This document shows, one piece after another, positions 11,300 to 24,440 of a stretch of DNA of 64,000 nucleotides. Position 1 is the stretch's first letter; every line of letters begins with the position of its first letter. Made by a program: the position numbers and the translations under genes. Origin of the DNA: the human T2T-CHM13v2.0 reference genome, Homo sapiens. The notes under the pieces were generated by a model. That model ran no database searches, was not told the DNA's origin, and worked only from the letters and a program-made list of their open reading frames with translations. The stretch lies in assembly GCF_009914755.1 (NCBI RefSeq), contig NC_060944.1, one strand, 5' to 3'.

Positions 11300-13300
11300 A
11301 TGAGGAAATATTTTTATTAATAGAAAAGCAAGTCGAGTCTTAGAATAAAAATCACATCATTAATTGACAGATAAAAGACTGATAAAGTTCAACCTCTACT
11401 TTTGATTAAATCTTTCAGCAAACTAAGAATAAAAGATAACATTCTTAACTTGTTAAAGGTTATACCTAAAACCTATAGTAAATAGTATACATTTTTGAGA
11501 AACTGTAGAAATATTCCCTTTAATATTAAAGAAAACACAAAGGTCCCTATATCCCAGGTCCTGCTTATCAAAGAAAGAGAAAAGGATCAGAATGAGGTGT
11601 AAATATTAGAAAGGAAGACATATAATTGTCATTATTTGCAGATAATACAATCATATATACAGAGAATGCCACACAGTCAACAAACTATTAGAATCAATAA
11701 GTTTTACTAGGTAGCTAGATATAATATCAACTCCAGAAAATCAATAGCATTTTTCTACACCATCAATAAGTAACTAAAAAACACAGTTAAAAAAGATACC
11801 ATATACTATGATAACAAAAACTATAATATGTTTAAGAATCAACAATCAAGAACTCCTAAGACCTATATGAAGACAACTTTTTAAAAAATCTGATAAGGTA
11901 ATGGACATGAAAAAACTCAACAAATCCAGGCATTCTATGATCTTGGATAGGATACAATGATATAACAAATGTGCTATATTATTATGAAATTAATTTACAA
12001 ACTCAATGCAATCTTGTAAAAATTCTAATTGGACTCCTATAAGAACTAGATAAACTTAGCTTAAAATTTATAAGAAAGAATAAAAATCCATGACTAGCTA
12101 AGATGAAGGATGGTGACTTGCCCAATCCAATACTGAAACAGAACAAAAGGCACAGTAATAGTGGAATTGAATAATGAGCTCTGAGAAAGGCCAATGAAAA
12201 TATAAAAATATATCATGTAATAAATGTTAAATTGCACATCAATAAAAAAGTGATGGACAGATTTGTAGATATGTTGGAAATACTGGATCACCCTATGGAA
12301 AAAAATAAAACATGCAAAGATAGATTTCAAATGGATCAAATAACAAAACATAAAAACTGAAACTATAAAGTTATTAAGAGAAAATATAGAAGACTATACT
12401 TGTGACTTAAGGGTGGAGGACTTAAGACTTGAAAGACACACATCATAAATCAAAGCACTGAGGAATTTTATTATCTAAAAATTATGGATGTATATTCAGT
12501 AAAATAAGCAGAACACAGATTGGGAAAAGATACTTGTGATGTCTTAAATCGACAACCAAATAATATCCAGGATATAAATGCAACTCGTGAAAATTTAATA
12601 GAAAACACAGGAACCCTTTCTCCAAGAAACGCGCAGGTGTTATGTGAACAGTCAATAAAGAAGAGGGAAGGCAAAATATTAAGGAGCATTGGACTGATGC
12701 TCCAACTCATTAGTTATCAGAGAAATGAAGATGAACACAATGTACAGTCATTTACACTGAATAGGTTGGCAGAGAAATAAGAAAGCTAGGTAGTGCTACT
12801 CCAGGGCAGAGCTGGGGAGCTCTAGAAACTCACCTGCAGCTCGGGAGCATGGACTAGTGCAGGCATTTTGCAAAACAATCTGTTATACTTAGTCCAACTA
12901 ATCTAATGTAAACCCAGACATTCAACTCCAATTTATAGTCCAGAGAACTTCTCACAGGGCCCTCTGGGTGAAAGTGTATCAGAACATCATAGGCAGTAGC
13001 GGTGATTTGGAGACAGTCTGCTCACCGATTACGGGGTAATGGATAACAAAAGTGTAGACTATGATGCAAAGCTTAGAAGTAATGTGTGAAATGTACATAC
13101 AGTAATCTGGATGGAAGTTAAAAAAATAGTACTGATTGAAAAAAAAAGGGTGAAGTAGAATGAGTGATAAATGATTTATCCGTGTACGTTTAAAATACTC
13201 AGATTAACAAAGTAAATTTTTCCTGAACACAAACAAAGCAGTGTAAATTAAATGTATTAAGTGGGCAGTGGGGTTGGGGAGGGACACGGGAGCAGAGAAG
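11300..13300 (+). mobile_element. Ancient L1 (L1M) ORF2 remnant and 3' UTR
   Basis: ttcagcaaactaagaataaaag, ttgtcattatttgcagataataca, aaatcaatagcatttttctacac; no intact ORF. Confidence 0.8.
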
Positions 13301-13919
13301 AAGGAGATAAGAGGGTTACTCAATAAAAGAAACAAGCAGGAGTGCTTTGTGTACCAATGTGATTGAATGCTATAAACTGTGGCCCATCATTAACTCAACT
13401 ACCTGCACTAGAGATCAACAGAAAAGTCAGGTTCATCTCACCTCCATGAAATAAATCTTGGAGAACTATCCATGTGAAGAGGCACCTGTTTATTCATCTG
13501 CTTAGAGCCATGTGTAAACACATGCCCCTCAGTGGCAAACCCTCGCCACAGCTGGTGAATGGGAGGGGAAGGTTGTGGTTTATGTGATGCACAGTCTCTA
13601 GTAGCCAGCTGCGACAACACTGCCTTATTTCCCATTGATCAGACACACCTAGGGCATCTCAACACTACTGTGGAAAATCGTGGTAGTGGGTCAAGAAAAT
13701 CTCCAGGGCAGATATCTACTTTGATTTATTTCTATCTCAAAAATTAATGGAATAAATACTTCAAAACTTTGCCAAAAGTGCTTAGACAAAGACCAGACTG
13801 TTTGTTTCAAATTGAAAATGGGCATGAACTGTGAATGGCTCGAGATTTTGTAATTTTTAGGAAGACTGTGGGCTAATTTGCAATTGAAAAATCACGAGAG
13901 CCATTTATAGAATGACCAC

Positions 13920-14335
13920 TCTGTATTGAATAGCTATCGCTTTGTCTTCTGTACGCCCCTTGCTTTTGTGAATTGTCACTCTCCTCCATGTTATCCTGAT
14001 AGGTTGCCAATCACCTCCCCAACTTTCTTGCCATAGGGGTACGTATGTGACTTCAGGAAGGACAGTGAGAGCCTGCCATTAAAGACTAGAAGTATCTCCA
14101 GACCACCGTTCCAATTTCTTGAAGGGACTCACTAGCAAATGAAAATAACAAAGAGAAAAGCAGTGATGTGAGTGGGAAGGGAAAGGGGAGAGAGGGAGAG
14201 AGGGAGGAAATGAAGATAGGCATAAGGCAAATGCCACCCCTGAGCTTTTAAATTATATGAACCATGAAATTATTCTTTGGATTAGGGTTTTTTTTTAGTT
14301 GAGTTTCTATCAGTTGAATCCAATAGAATAGATAT
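13920..14335 (+). mobile_element. Old MLT1 (J/K/L-like) LTR
   Basis: gccacccctgagcttttaaattatatgaacc...gttgagtttctatcagttg 3' signature. Confidence 0.55.
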
Positions 14336-14774
14336 CCCACCTCAAAACACACAACCAGTGAATAGCAGACCTAGTTGCATTCTTGATCCAAAGCCAAGTT
14401 ACCCCCTATTAACCCATGGTATCTCTTGCCTAGACACAAATTCCGACTGGTACAAAGGAACCACTTTGGCTCCTGGCACAGACATTTATTGCATTGCGGG
14501 GCTAAGCTGCATCCTTTATAGGTAGATCTAAGTTTTAGAAATTGCTCAAGATTACACCTGTGGAAAAAAAGAGAAAACCCAGATTACATCTGTGGAATAA
14601 AACTGAAAGCCCTTCCAGAAAACACTGAAAGGAAATAAGCATGATGCACTATGTATCTATCATACACTTGGTTTTGAAAGCATTTCTCAGTGTGTCTAAG
14701 TCTGATTTGAGCCATGGCCTCCTCATTACCACAAGTAAATTGCCACCAAAGGAGGCTTCTTTGAAAAGATACAG

Positions 14775-14990
14775 GGCACAGAATGTGGTCATCGGAATTG
14801 GACTCGATTCTCCCCTTACTGTGTGTATAACTGGGTAATGTACTTAACCTCTCTATGCTTCAGGGGCCTGGTGTATAAATTGGGGTAATGATAGCTTCTT
14901 CATGCATTGTTTTTCATAGATGAAAGGTAATCAAACACATAAAACATCTGGAAGAATTCTTGCACATTGTTGACCCTCAACAAATTATAT
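14775..14990 (+). mobile_element. MIR
   Basis: tacttaacctctctatgcttcag...tataaattggggtaatgatag. Confidence 0.7.
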
Positions 14991-16169
14991 ATCTCTTTAT
15001 ATAAGGGGTATGTTTTATGGATTTATGCATATTAGACGTTTTAAGGCATTAATCCTGGTGTATTGATTAAAACATCTGCCTTGTTACTCTATCATCATAC
15101 CCTGCAAAGAGCTGGGCCACTCCCATTTCATACACTTCCCCGTGGGCTCATTCTTTTAGAAATAGTCATCAGGCACACACAAAAAGCAATTTAAATGGTT
15201 CATCTTTCCTCTTTTCATCCATAGACAAATTTCAATAATTATCTTAGTCAACCCATTAATTAGTCTAAATTTGCCCAAGCATAATTGATGCTGCCTACAC
15301 TATTTTCTATAAAAATTTGAAATGGATGGCTAAACAGAGATTTTTTTTGTTTGTTTGACTAAGTGCATTTTCCCTCCATGCAAAATGTGTTAGTCAATGC
15401 TTATCTGGTGTAATAAGCTTAGCTTTTAGTGTTCGTGTCTACATCTGTGATAGAAAGAAGTTTGAATCTCTAAGTTCAAATTATGCATTGGCAATTTCTA
15501 GCTTGTTGACTTACGGTCTGCCCCTTGAACTCTCTGAGAAAACCTGTGGCCTTACTTGTTGAATGGGGGTCTGGCTGACTAGCCCTGCCTTCTGGAACCC
15601 TTCACCTACCTAGGTTTTCCCAGATAAACATTGGTATGACTACTATACCCACATCCTTGAGTACTTTGTTTTCCTGGACCTTCCCCATTCCTTGCTTGTT
15701 TGTTTTCCCTAGGGTTCCAGTCATTCTTAATCCCTTTCTACTATTTAGCAATTCCTGGATAATCTGACTGATCTCAAACTTTCATTACCACCTATACATG
15801 AAGGGGATGCTTCTCTTATGTTACCATCAGTCTATAACACCAACTTTGCTGTGCATCATTCTTTTCTAACCTCTAGAGAATTCTTTTCAACAGGTGCTGT
15901 GTTCCTCACAGAAACTATTAAGGGAATAAATATAGGGAAACCTACAACAGCATAAAAGCCTCAAGGTTTGTTGCTGGACTCATGATGAAGATGAGACCAG
16001 ATGAAGGAATACATGAAAGGAATAACTTTCAAACCAGCTTCCTGAGCAATTTCAGATACCCTGGGAATCAGATATAGGCAAACAATACCTCCTTAACCTG
16101 AATTGGGAAGAGAGATGGCAGATGCCACTGAAGACACATATGAAGCACAGAGCAAAACATCCAGAAGCA

Positions 16170-17040
16170 AACACAAACATAAATAAAAATTCAGAATCTA
16201 AAGATCGATCAATGCAGCAGAACAATGTTACATTATTCAATAGTCTTGCCATAATGGGTTAAGTGTGTGAAAAATATCCAATCTTATCCCAAAATAAATG
16301 CTAGATGAAATAAAGCTCTCAGTGTAGCACAAAAGCAAACAAAAATGACACCACAATTTAGATGAATATAAATTTTTTTGCACGAAAATGTTTTTACAAT
16401 ACATCGAAACCAAAACCATTAAAAATAAATACATTTAATCACATAAAGGATCATATTTTCTCATGATCCTAGGCCATCAACACATTCAAAGGCACATGTC
16501 TAAATTGGAAAATATTTGCCATGCATAGAACCAACCAAGATTAATGCTGTTAATACATAAACTGTTCTTACAAATCAATGAGAAAACTAATGAGTATCCC
16601 CAAAGAAAAATGTACAAGGGAAGTAAATTCGTAGTTTAGAAAAGAAGAAATACAAGTAGCCAGGAAGCGTGAACAACAGTTCCACTTTGGGTATCAAAGA
16701 AATGAAAATTAAAACAATAAGATTTTTGATATATGATGTTTTTATTCATTAAAATGAAAAATAGTCTCAGGTACTGGCAGGCAAGGGCAATAAGAACCGC
16801 CTTGAGTAGCGGTACAGTCAATTTTGGAGGTCAGCCTGGCCCTTTTTAGTCTATATCTCTATTCTACATCTAAAATTTCAAAATGTGAATAAGTTTTCAC
16901 TTGGCAACTCTACTTCTAGGAATTTACCTGAAAGAATCATGTGAACTTGCAATGACGCATGTACAACAATGCTCTCTGAAATGGTATAATAATGGAAAAT
17001 TGGAAGTAGCATAAAATTCAATGATAGGCTAGCTCAAACA
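16170..17040 (+). mobile_element. Ancient L1 3' region
   Basis: tggaaaatatttgccatgcat, ttacaaatcaatgagaaaa, gcaactctacttctaggaattta. Confidence 0.75.
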
Positions 17041-17059
17041 AAATCTCTTCCCAAAAGAG

Positions 17060-17535
17060 TTCTTTAAATTTATTTCTTCTTCCTCACTATGTGCCATTCT
17101 GTGCCAAACACACACCAGTCTTTCTTCTCCACACATTTTTCCTTTCTTTCTCCCACATATGCATTTACTTTCTCTCAGCCCATTTTCACTCTCTCTCACT
17201 TTTACCTTCTATCTCCCCCTTCCACTCACATTTACTTTCCTTCTTACTGACCATTTTTCTTTTCTCTAAGCCATTTTTGCTTTTCCTCTCATGCATGCTG
17301 TCTTCCTTTCTCCTTTCCCCCAACACTTTTTCTTTTTCTCTGTCACTGACTTTTACCTTCTCTCTTATATCCATGTTTACTTCATTCTCACAGTTAATAG
17401 TTTTACATTCTCTCTCTTGCACTTTCATTTTCTTTCTTACACATACTTTTACTTGACCTCTCTCCCCCACACTTTCACTTTCTCTCCCACACCGTGACTT
17501 TTACACGCACCTTTTTATTTTTGTTCTCACTCAGT
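17060..17535 (+). repeat. Pyrimidine-rich (CT/CA) low-complexity tract
   Basis: ~470 bp with very few G on the + strand. Confidence 0.85.
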
Positions 17536-17544
17536 TTTCCTCTG

Positions 17545-17830
17545 TAACCCAGAGAAGAGGGTGAAATGTCCAGATTAGAGTTTATCCAGTCACGGGGCAG
17601 CCAGGACTGGGTTGAGACCTGAAGCAGGAGGCTGTTGCAGTATTCCAGGATGGAGCTTAGTTTTTTCTACCAAGCAGCAGTAGCAGGATGGAGGGGAAAA
17701 CTGTGGATGCAGAAGACATTTCTAAGGTGGAGCTGATGGGTCTGAGCAACCGTTTGGTGAATGAATGGTAGCATCTAAGATGATGTCAAAGTTTCTGGCA
17801 GGGACAGCAGAGTAGAAAATGTCACCAAGG
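17545..17830 (-). mobile_element. L2 fragment
   Basis: aggaggctgttgcagtattccagg...ttctaaggtggagctgatggg...gatgatgtcaaagtttctggc. Confidence 0.7.
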
Positions 17831-19099
17831 CCGCAGAAAGTGGTAAAAGGAAAAGGCCTGGGTGTTCCTTGATCCTAGAGCACCTATATCTAAGGCAATA
17901 TAATCTTTGCAGGATTTTCAGACCAAAAAAAACGTTCTTGGGAGAAGAGAAAAGAGTCCGTAATTGCCTACAGAGAGTCCTTGAATTTTGTTTCTTCAAC
18001 TGAGCAATTCTCCCTCTTGTATGCCATTCAGGGGCATCCTTAAAATATTTTTACTCCAATGTCTATAATACTAATCTGTATGTCTTTGTGTATCCAAAAA
18101 GCACTTGTACCCCCAAACCTACTGAAATTCTTAAAAAAAAATTCTGTAAAACTTAAGCTTCGTGCATTAATGGATTTTTTAAAATAGAGCTATCACAGGA
18201 TAACAAATTTTGCCCACCACTTGCTAAATGCTGGCTGCATCATCTCTTTGCACAATGTCATTGACACAATTATATCCCCAAAGGGCTTGCAGACTCTGTG
18301 AGGGCAGGGAGGCTGTCCTCACTGCTCAGCACAGGTCCCAATTGCCTGCAAGAGTAACAGCCTCTTAGTGGGTACTCAGGAAATATGCTGGGATGAATAA
18401 ATATTTAAAATCTTTCTCATGTTGTCAGTCATTATTGTTCTGTAAAAACTGAAAACTGAAGTGAAATTATGGAACCACTCGCATTTTTGATGATAAGTGC
18501 AGGCCCATAAACCCGAGGCAATGATGGAAATCATTAAGCATCATTGGAAGTGGTACATTTTTAGTTTCAATTGGATGCTTATTGGACTTAAGCTGGTCAA
18601 ATTTGTGCTCAAGTGTCAAAGAAAAGAACAAAATTAAAGATATATTGAATGTTGGAAACAGAGCTTTGAAGATTTTATGTAAAAGGTGAGGCAAGTTGGG
18701 GAGTTATTATTTTTTAGATTTCTTGAAGCAAACCTCCTCACTCCCTACCACAAAAAGAAAAGCTAAGTCAACCGTTCCAACACAGACATTTGACTTTTAT
18801 GCAATTTTTCAGGAAAGTATTGTGTTATGGAGTAGGAGCTGCCTGTCCCAATTGCTTATCCTAGTATTTCATCTACAGAGACAGGTGAATTCTTGTCAGC
18901 AGATCAGATTGTGGGAGGTGACAGACAGTCCAGCTCTCCAATGTGACCTTCAGAATAATTCAGAGCATTGCTGCTACACTCCTGGGGACAGATGGAAATC
19001 TAATGGGTACAGAATGCTCTGGGCCTGGAAGGAAGGATTTAATGCTCAGAGAGGCACTTGGTACATCATCCATTGTTTATCTTCATGTAAAAGATTGTT

Positions 19100-19366
19100 T
19101 AATTAATCAACTCAAAGTATTCATGCTACTTTCCCAGGGTCTGAGGATACAGTCATAGAAATACTGATAAAAATCCCTGCCCTCATGGAGCTGACAGTCT
19201 AGGGAGGCCAGGTGCAGATAGAAAATTTAAAAACTAAATAAGTAAACCATACAGAACGATAATAGAACATGATGAGTACGAGAGAAAAATAAAGCAGCAA
19301 TCACGGCAGGCAGTTTAGGTGTTGCTAGCAAGCAACTGCAACTCCCAATAGGGAAGTCAGGGAAGT
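19100..19366 (-). mobile_element. L2 3' end, interrupted by MLT1
   Basis: aaatccctgccctcatggagctgacagtctagggag. Confidence 0.75.
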
Positions 19367-19808
19367 TGTGCTAGGATGTGTTATTGTTCAATATCCATTA
19401 TTTCTTCCACTCCAAGATGACTATGCATCCCGGCATCCCGGACACCGCCACGTAACTTATAGTCCTTCCCCGCTGGCTGAGGAGACCTCCTTGCCCCAGA
19501 GACAGGAGGTTTGCCATATGACTTGTTTTGACCAATGGAATATGAGCAGGTATTGCTGTACAGAACATCTAAAGGAATGTACCTGTGTCACTTAGCTCAA
19601 TCTCTTATGTCTATCGTCTACCATGAAAATGAAATGTCCTAGACAAGGGCTGGTCCTCCCACCTGCTTGTGGAATGAGAAAACATGTGGCGAGAGCCATG
19701 CCTCCAGCAAGCCCACACCTAGGAGGGACGTGAGCAAGGAAAAAACAAGTTTGTCATGTAAGCCAATGATAGGATTTTTCTGTTACCACCATAAAGCCGA
19801 TTAATATA
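19367..19808 (+). mobile_element. MLT1H/I/J-like LTR
   Basis: ccatatgacttgttttgaccaatggaatatgagcag...gtaagccaatgatagg...ttaatata. Confidence 0.75.
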
Positions 19809-21819
19809 AAAAAGCCTTTCTAAGAGGTGACATTTATGCCAAGACTGGAAAGAGATAAGATGATAAAACTGAGGCCCAGAGAAGTGATGTAACTCTCTCA
19901 AGGCACACATCTATTAAGCGACAAAGACTCTATTGAAAATCTTTCTCTCTGCGTTTGTTCACACTATCTCCTCAGGCAGGGACTTGCCTAGCTCAGATCA
20001 CAAAACCCACAGGGTCAGCAATATTTTCCCATCCTGGCCAATTGTATGTACAGCCTCCATCCTTAAGTTACTTGAGGCACATGGCCCTCTCCTGCAACTG
20101 AAGAGAAGTGTGACTGAGTCTGCAGCTGAATTCTTCCATCTCCTTCTCATCTTTTACATCTCACTAGAACCCTGCAATTAGCTTGTGAGACAGGGCAGGA
20201 TGGTGAATATCAACATCTCATATTTACAAATGAGAACACTTAGGCTGGGAGCTAAGCGACTTCCTTAAAATCATGAAGTAAGTGGATATTGGCGGTGGAA
20301 ACCCCACCTTCCTGAAACCAAGAATATCACTGCGTCACTTGAATTTTTATATACTTGAGTATTTGAGCATCAATTCGCTATCCCTATATATATATATCCC
20401 TATCTATAATAGATAGATGAAGAAATTAAAGCTCAGAGACATGAAGTAACTCTCAGAAGTTCTCACAACTTAGAAGAGCAGATTAGAATCAAAGATTTTT
20501 CTCACTCCAGAACCTGTGCATGGTATGAGCCCTGTCCTCTTTGTGACTTTCTATGAGGATGCAGAATGATGGCTGTTGGCCACGAAACACATTGCACAAT
20601 GTTGTTAGTTTAAAGAAGTTCAATGAACATTATTGCTTAGTCAATTCATCCTCAACTGAGTGACATTGCTGGTGCCCAGGGAGAGCCAGATTCAATGTTC
20701 ATGAGGAAGCTGCATAGCATGATGTGCCTTCAATCAGAAAGAGCTACTCCGCACCAGGGTCTGAGACCACCACCAGCCAAATGTCTAAGGGAATAACAGT
20801 GAGAGGGATGCGTGTCTCTCTCCCCTGCACTTTTGCTTTGCCAGACACTTTTCGCTACTGGGAAAGACTAACATCCTATACATACAGAAGGCAACCCAGT
20901 GTGGCAGAGGCAGGATGGTTAGGGTTGGAAGTTCAGCTCTTCCATGGAAAGGCTGTATTGCCTTAAGCAATGACCTCAAAGGCTTGTTTTGCGGGCTCAC
21001 CCCACAACTCATTCATTGATTCCTTCATTCACTTATTTAAATGTATATTAAGTACTCATTATATATCAGTTATTATTCTAGACCCTAGGAATACAGCAAT
21101 AGCAACCAGACAGTCTGCTCCGTGAATACCTCCAAACCCTTACCACTGTTTCACTCTAAATGTACAGAATGGCTACTCTGCTCCTACCCCTTGCTCTGCA
21201 AAAAGGGCCTCTGCAACTAACACAGTAGTCCCCCAGATCACAGGAGGTCTCAGAGCCAGAGACAGGTCATGGGCAGGTAGAATTCCCCTAGAATCTCCAT
21301 CCCTCTGCTAATACAAGTAAAACTGACTCATAACCCCACCTTTCATGACACCCTTGGGCAGCCCAGCCCAGACAACTCTGCTACCAGAGGTCAAACTATT
21401 AGCCCTTCTCACCATTTTTTTAATGTTTCCAGGTGAGTAGAAGAGCAAATGGATCCAGACAATCAATAGCAAGGGGACAGAAAGTCATTGTGGAGTAGCA
21501 ACTTTTGCTTGTATAAAATTGTAAAAACAAAAACAAACTATCAAGCAAAAATAGACATACGAAGAAAATGGTTGAGTTTCCTATGTAGAGAAAAACTGGA
21601 AATGTGTACCTCACCTTTGCTTCCTTTACCTGGATAAGCCCCATAGCCCAGCTCCAATGTTGAAATTCTCAGGAAGGCTGGAACAGCCATTCCCCTGACC
21701 CAGGAGACCTTTCCCATGGCCAACCCATTGGGCAATTACCAATAGAAACATTCTTTCAGTTAAATGAATGAATTACTTGTTTAACTGAAAGGTAGTTAGT
21801 ATTGTCACTGTTGGTGTTT

Positions 21820-22423
21820 GTTTTAAACTTTTACATTCAGGGGTATAAGTACAGGTTTGTTATATAGATAAACTTGTGTCATGGGGGTTTGTTGTAGAGA
21901 CCCCTGGTGTTCATCACTCAGGTATTAAACCTAGTACCCTTTAGATATTTTTCCTGATCATCTCCCTTCTCCCACCTTCCACCCTCTGAAAGGCCCCAGT
22001 GTGTGTTGTTCCCCTCTATGTGTCCATGTGTTCTCATCATTTACCTCCCACTTATAAGTGACAACACACAGTATTTGGTTTTGTCTTCCAGCGTTAGTTT
22101 TCTAAGTTTAATGGCCTTCAGCTCCATCCACGTCCCTGAAAAAGACATGATCTCATTCTTTTGTATGGTACATGTACCATGTTTTCTTTATCCAGTCTAC
22201 CATTGTTGGGCATTTAGGTTGATTCCATGTTTTTGCTATCGTGAATAGTGCTGCAATGAACATACACATGTATGTGTGTTTATAATACAATGATTTATAT
22301 TCCTTTGAGTATAATCGTAATGGGGCTGCTGGGTCTAATGGTATTTCTGTTTTTAGGTCTTTGAGGAATTGCCACAAAAAGTAATCTCATATACTGTTGG
22401 TGGGAGTGTGTATTATTAGCCCA
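21820..22423 (-). mobile_element. L1PA (older, ~PA13-15) 3' end with short 5' inversion
   Basis: Reverse L1PA 3' UTR 21820-22376 then ~45 bp of sense L1; diverged TSD gtcactgttggtgtt/gtcactgctgatctt. Confidence 0.85.
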
Positions 22424-24004
22424 GTCACTGCTGATCTTGACAAACCCATAAAGAAGAAAATGGACTCACACGGCACAGAGGGGTATCTCAAACCCAACTC
22501 TACTAATCTCAAACCCAACTCACCCTCATGGATTTTCCGATTCCCATCAGTACCGGCTTAGAGTTACTCTTCTGACGAATATTGCACTGATGTAACCACC
22601 GACAATACAGCCACGTGCATTTACCTTAAAGTGTTGCTCCATGCCAGCTTGCGGCTGATGCAAAGCTAGCTGGCCAGAAATAGGATCCTTGGGATTCACG
22701 CCAGCTTGGGGATCAACATCCCTAAGACTCTGAACAGAATTCTCCATGTGAAGGAGTTGGACACACTGTGACCAAGATGGAAGCTTTCATGTGTCGACTG
22801 GATGGTCCCCATCAAGGCTGTGTGAGTTTTCTGGGTGAACTCCATGAGGACAAACACCCCAAAATGAGGCCAAAGGCCAGATGTTCCTGCACGGTCTTTC
22901 CACAGTCCTAATAATATCCTTAGTGCTTATTATGAACTATGGGTGATTATGCTGATGGAATAGAACATTGTAGAGGCTTAAATCTATATAAATTTCTGCA
23001 AAATTCTGCCCTTTGAGCAGGATTTAATGTTTAATTCCATGCTGCCTGATCTGTGATGTATACAAGGATTCCAAGTTATACCATTCACCTGAAAATCTGC
23101 AAACCACCCTGGAATTTCTCTTCATCGTCTTTCTTTTTGTGGCCCCAGAGACCATAGTTACAGGGAAGCAAGGCTAGATGGGGGAAGCTTCTCGTCTTAG
23201 CAACATATGTAACTTATGCAAAGCAGCTAGTAGAGTCCTGGCACCCACTAGGTGAGCAGCAAACCTGTTTTCTTGTCTCTATGCCATACTTTTGTTTTCC
23301 AAGAAGTTCATTTGATAGATTTCTAATACATTCCAAGTTTCTGCCTCACGATGTCTAAAGGCATGCCATTACTATTAAAGGAGGGACAGTAAGTGACCAG
23401 CAAGAGAATGGAATGATTAATCTAGAGTCTACAGGGCACGGCATGACATTATAGTCTCTTCCATTGATGCTCTTTGACCCCTGACTTGAAGAAGCTGGGC
23501 TCTGAGAAGGAAGAACAACTTGGTCTCCAAACATCTCTGCTGATGCTATTCTAAATGCAAAGAAATGTCAAAGCTGAAATAACCATAATGCAATTGTACT
23601 TAGCCTGTTTGCTGAAATATCAGTCATTGCTTTGCACAGCAATTCCATTTTTAAAGTTCATTGTGCTAGAAAAATGTTGCAGCTCCTTAATTCTTACGTT
23701 CTCATCCAAGCCGGGTGGGAGGTGAGAAGTTTTTGAACTGTATGAAAATCCATATTTCAGCAGCATTACCGAGCTCTCTTTCAGCATCCTGCACATTTTC
23801 TCTTCCCTGAACCCAGAGAAATCTCCCACTTCCATGGCCTGCCCTCATTTTGACAGCAAACATTAAAAGAGCATCGGCAGAAGCACAGATGAAAAAAGAA
23901 CAACACAGGGTTGCTGAGCACCCATCCTGTTGTCTGAGGAGGACCAGGCTCACTGGGAACTCTGGGTTGAGTCTGGTTCGCTCAACCTCTAAGGGTATCA
24001 ATGA

Positions 24005-24440
24005 CTGATGTTCTGGAAGCCGACTTCTACAGGTTGCCTCAATGGGCTCTTGGTTTCGAACTTCTGGTTATATTCAGCCAATAGGAGGTACAGGCATGGG
24101 ATTGGAGAATAGGAGGATGGCGAGGTTGGGCAGTGATTCTCTCCCTGCTTTTCCATGGTTTGTACAGTGGCTACATTCTCCTACAGCAGCATTTCTCAAC
24201 CTCAGTTCTATTGGTATTTGAGGCCAAACAACTGTTTGTGATGGAGGGTCATCTTGTCTTGTGTGTTGTTGGATATTTCAAAGCATTCCTGGCATCTACT
24301 CACTGTGTGCCAGTAGCACACTCGCCAGGTTGTGACCAAAATGTGACCAAAAATGTCCTCTGGGGGAATATTGCCAATTTCTCATAGGGAGCAAAATTGC
24401 CTCAGGGTACATCTCTATAGACGGCCCTTTCATTTAATTC
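24005..24440 (-). mobile_element. LTR33-like ERVL LTR fragment (split by MER20)
   Basis: cttctggttatattcagccaataggaggtacaggc...ggtttgtacagtggctacattc. Confidence 0.65.
24185..24410. mobile_element. MER20 (hAT-Charlie MITE)
   Basis: ttctcaacctcag...cctggcatctactcactgtgtgccagtagcac...gttgtgaccaaaa. Confidence 0.8.

Noticed and set aside
17091-17497. Hydrophobic membrane-protein ORFs
   Set aside because: Artefact of translating a pyrimidine-rich low-complexity tract
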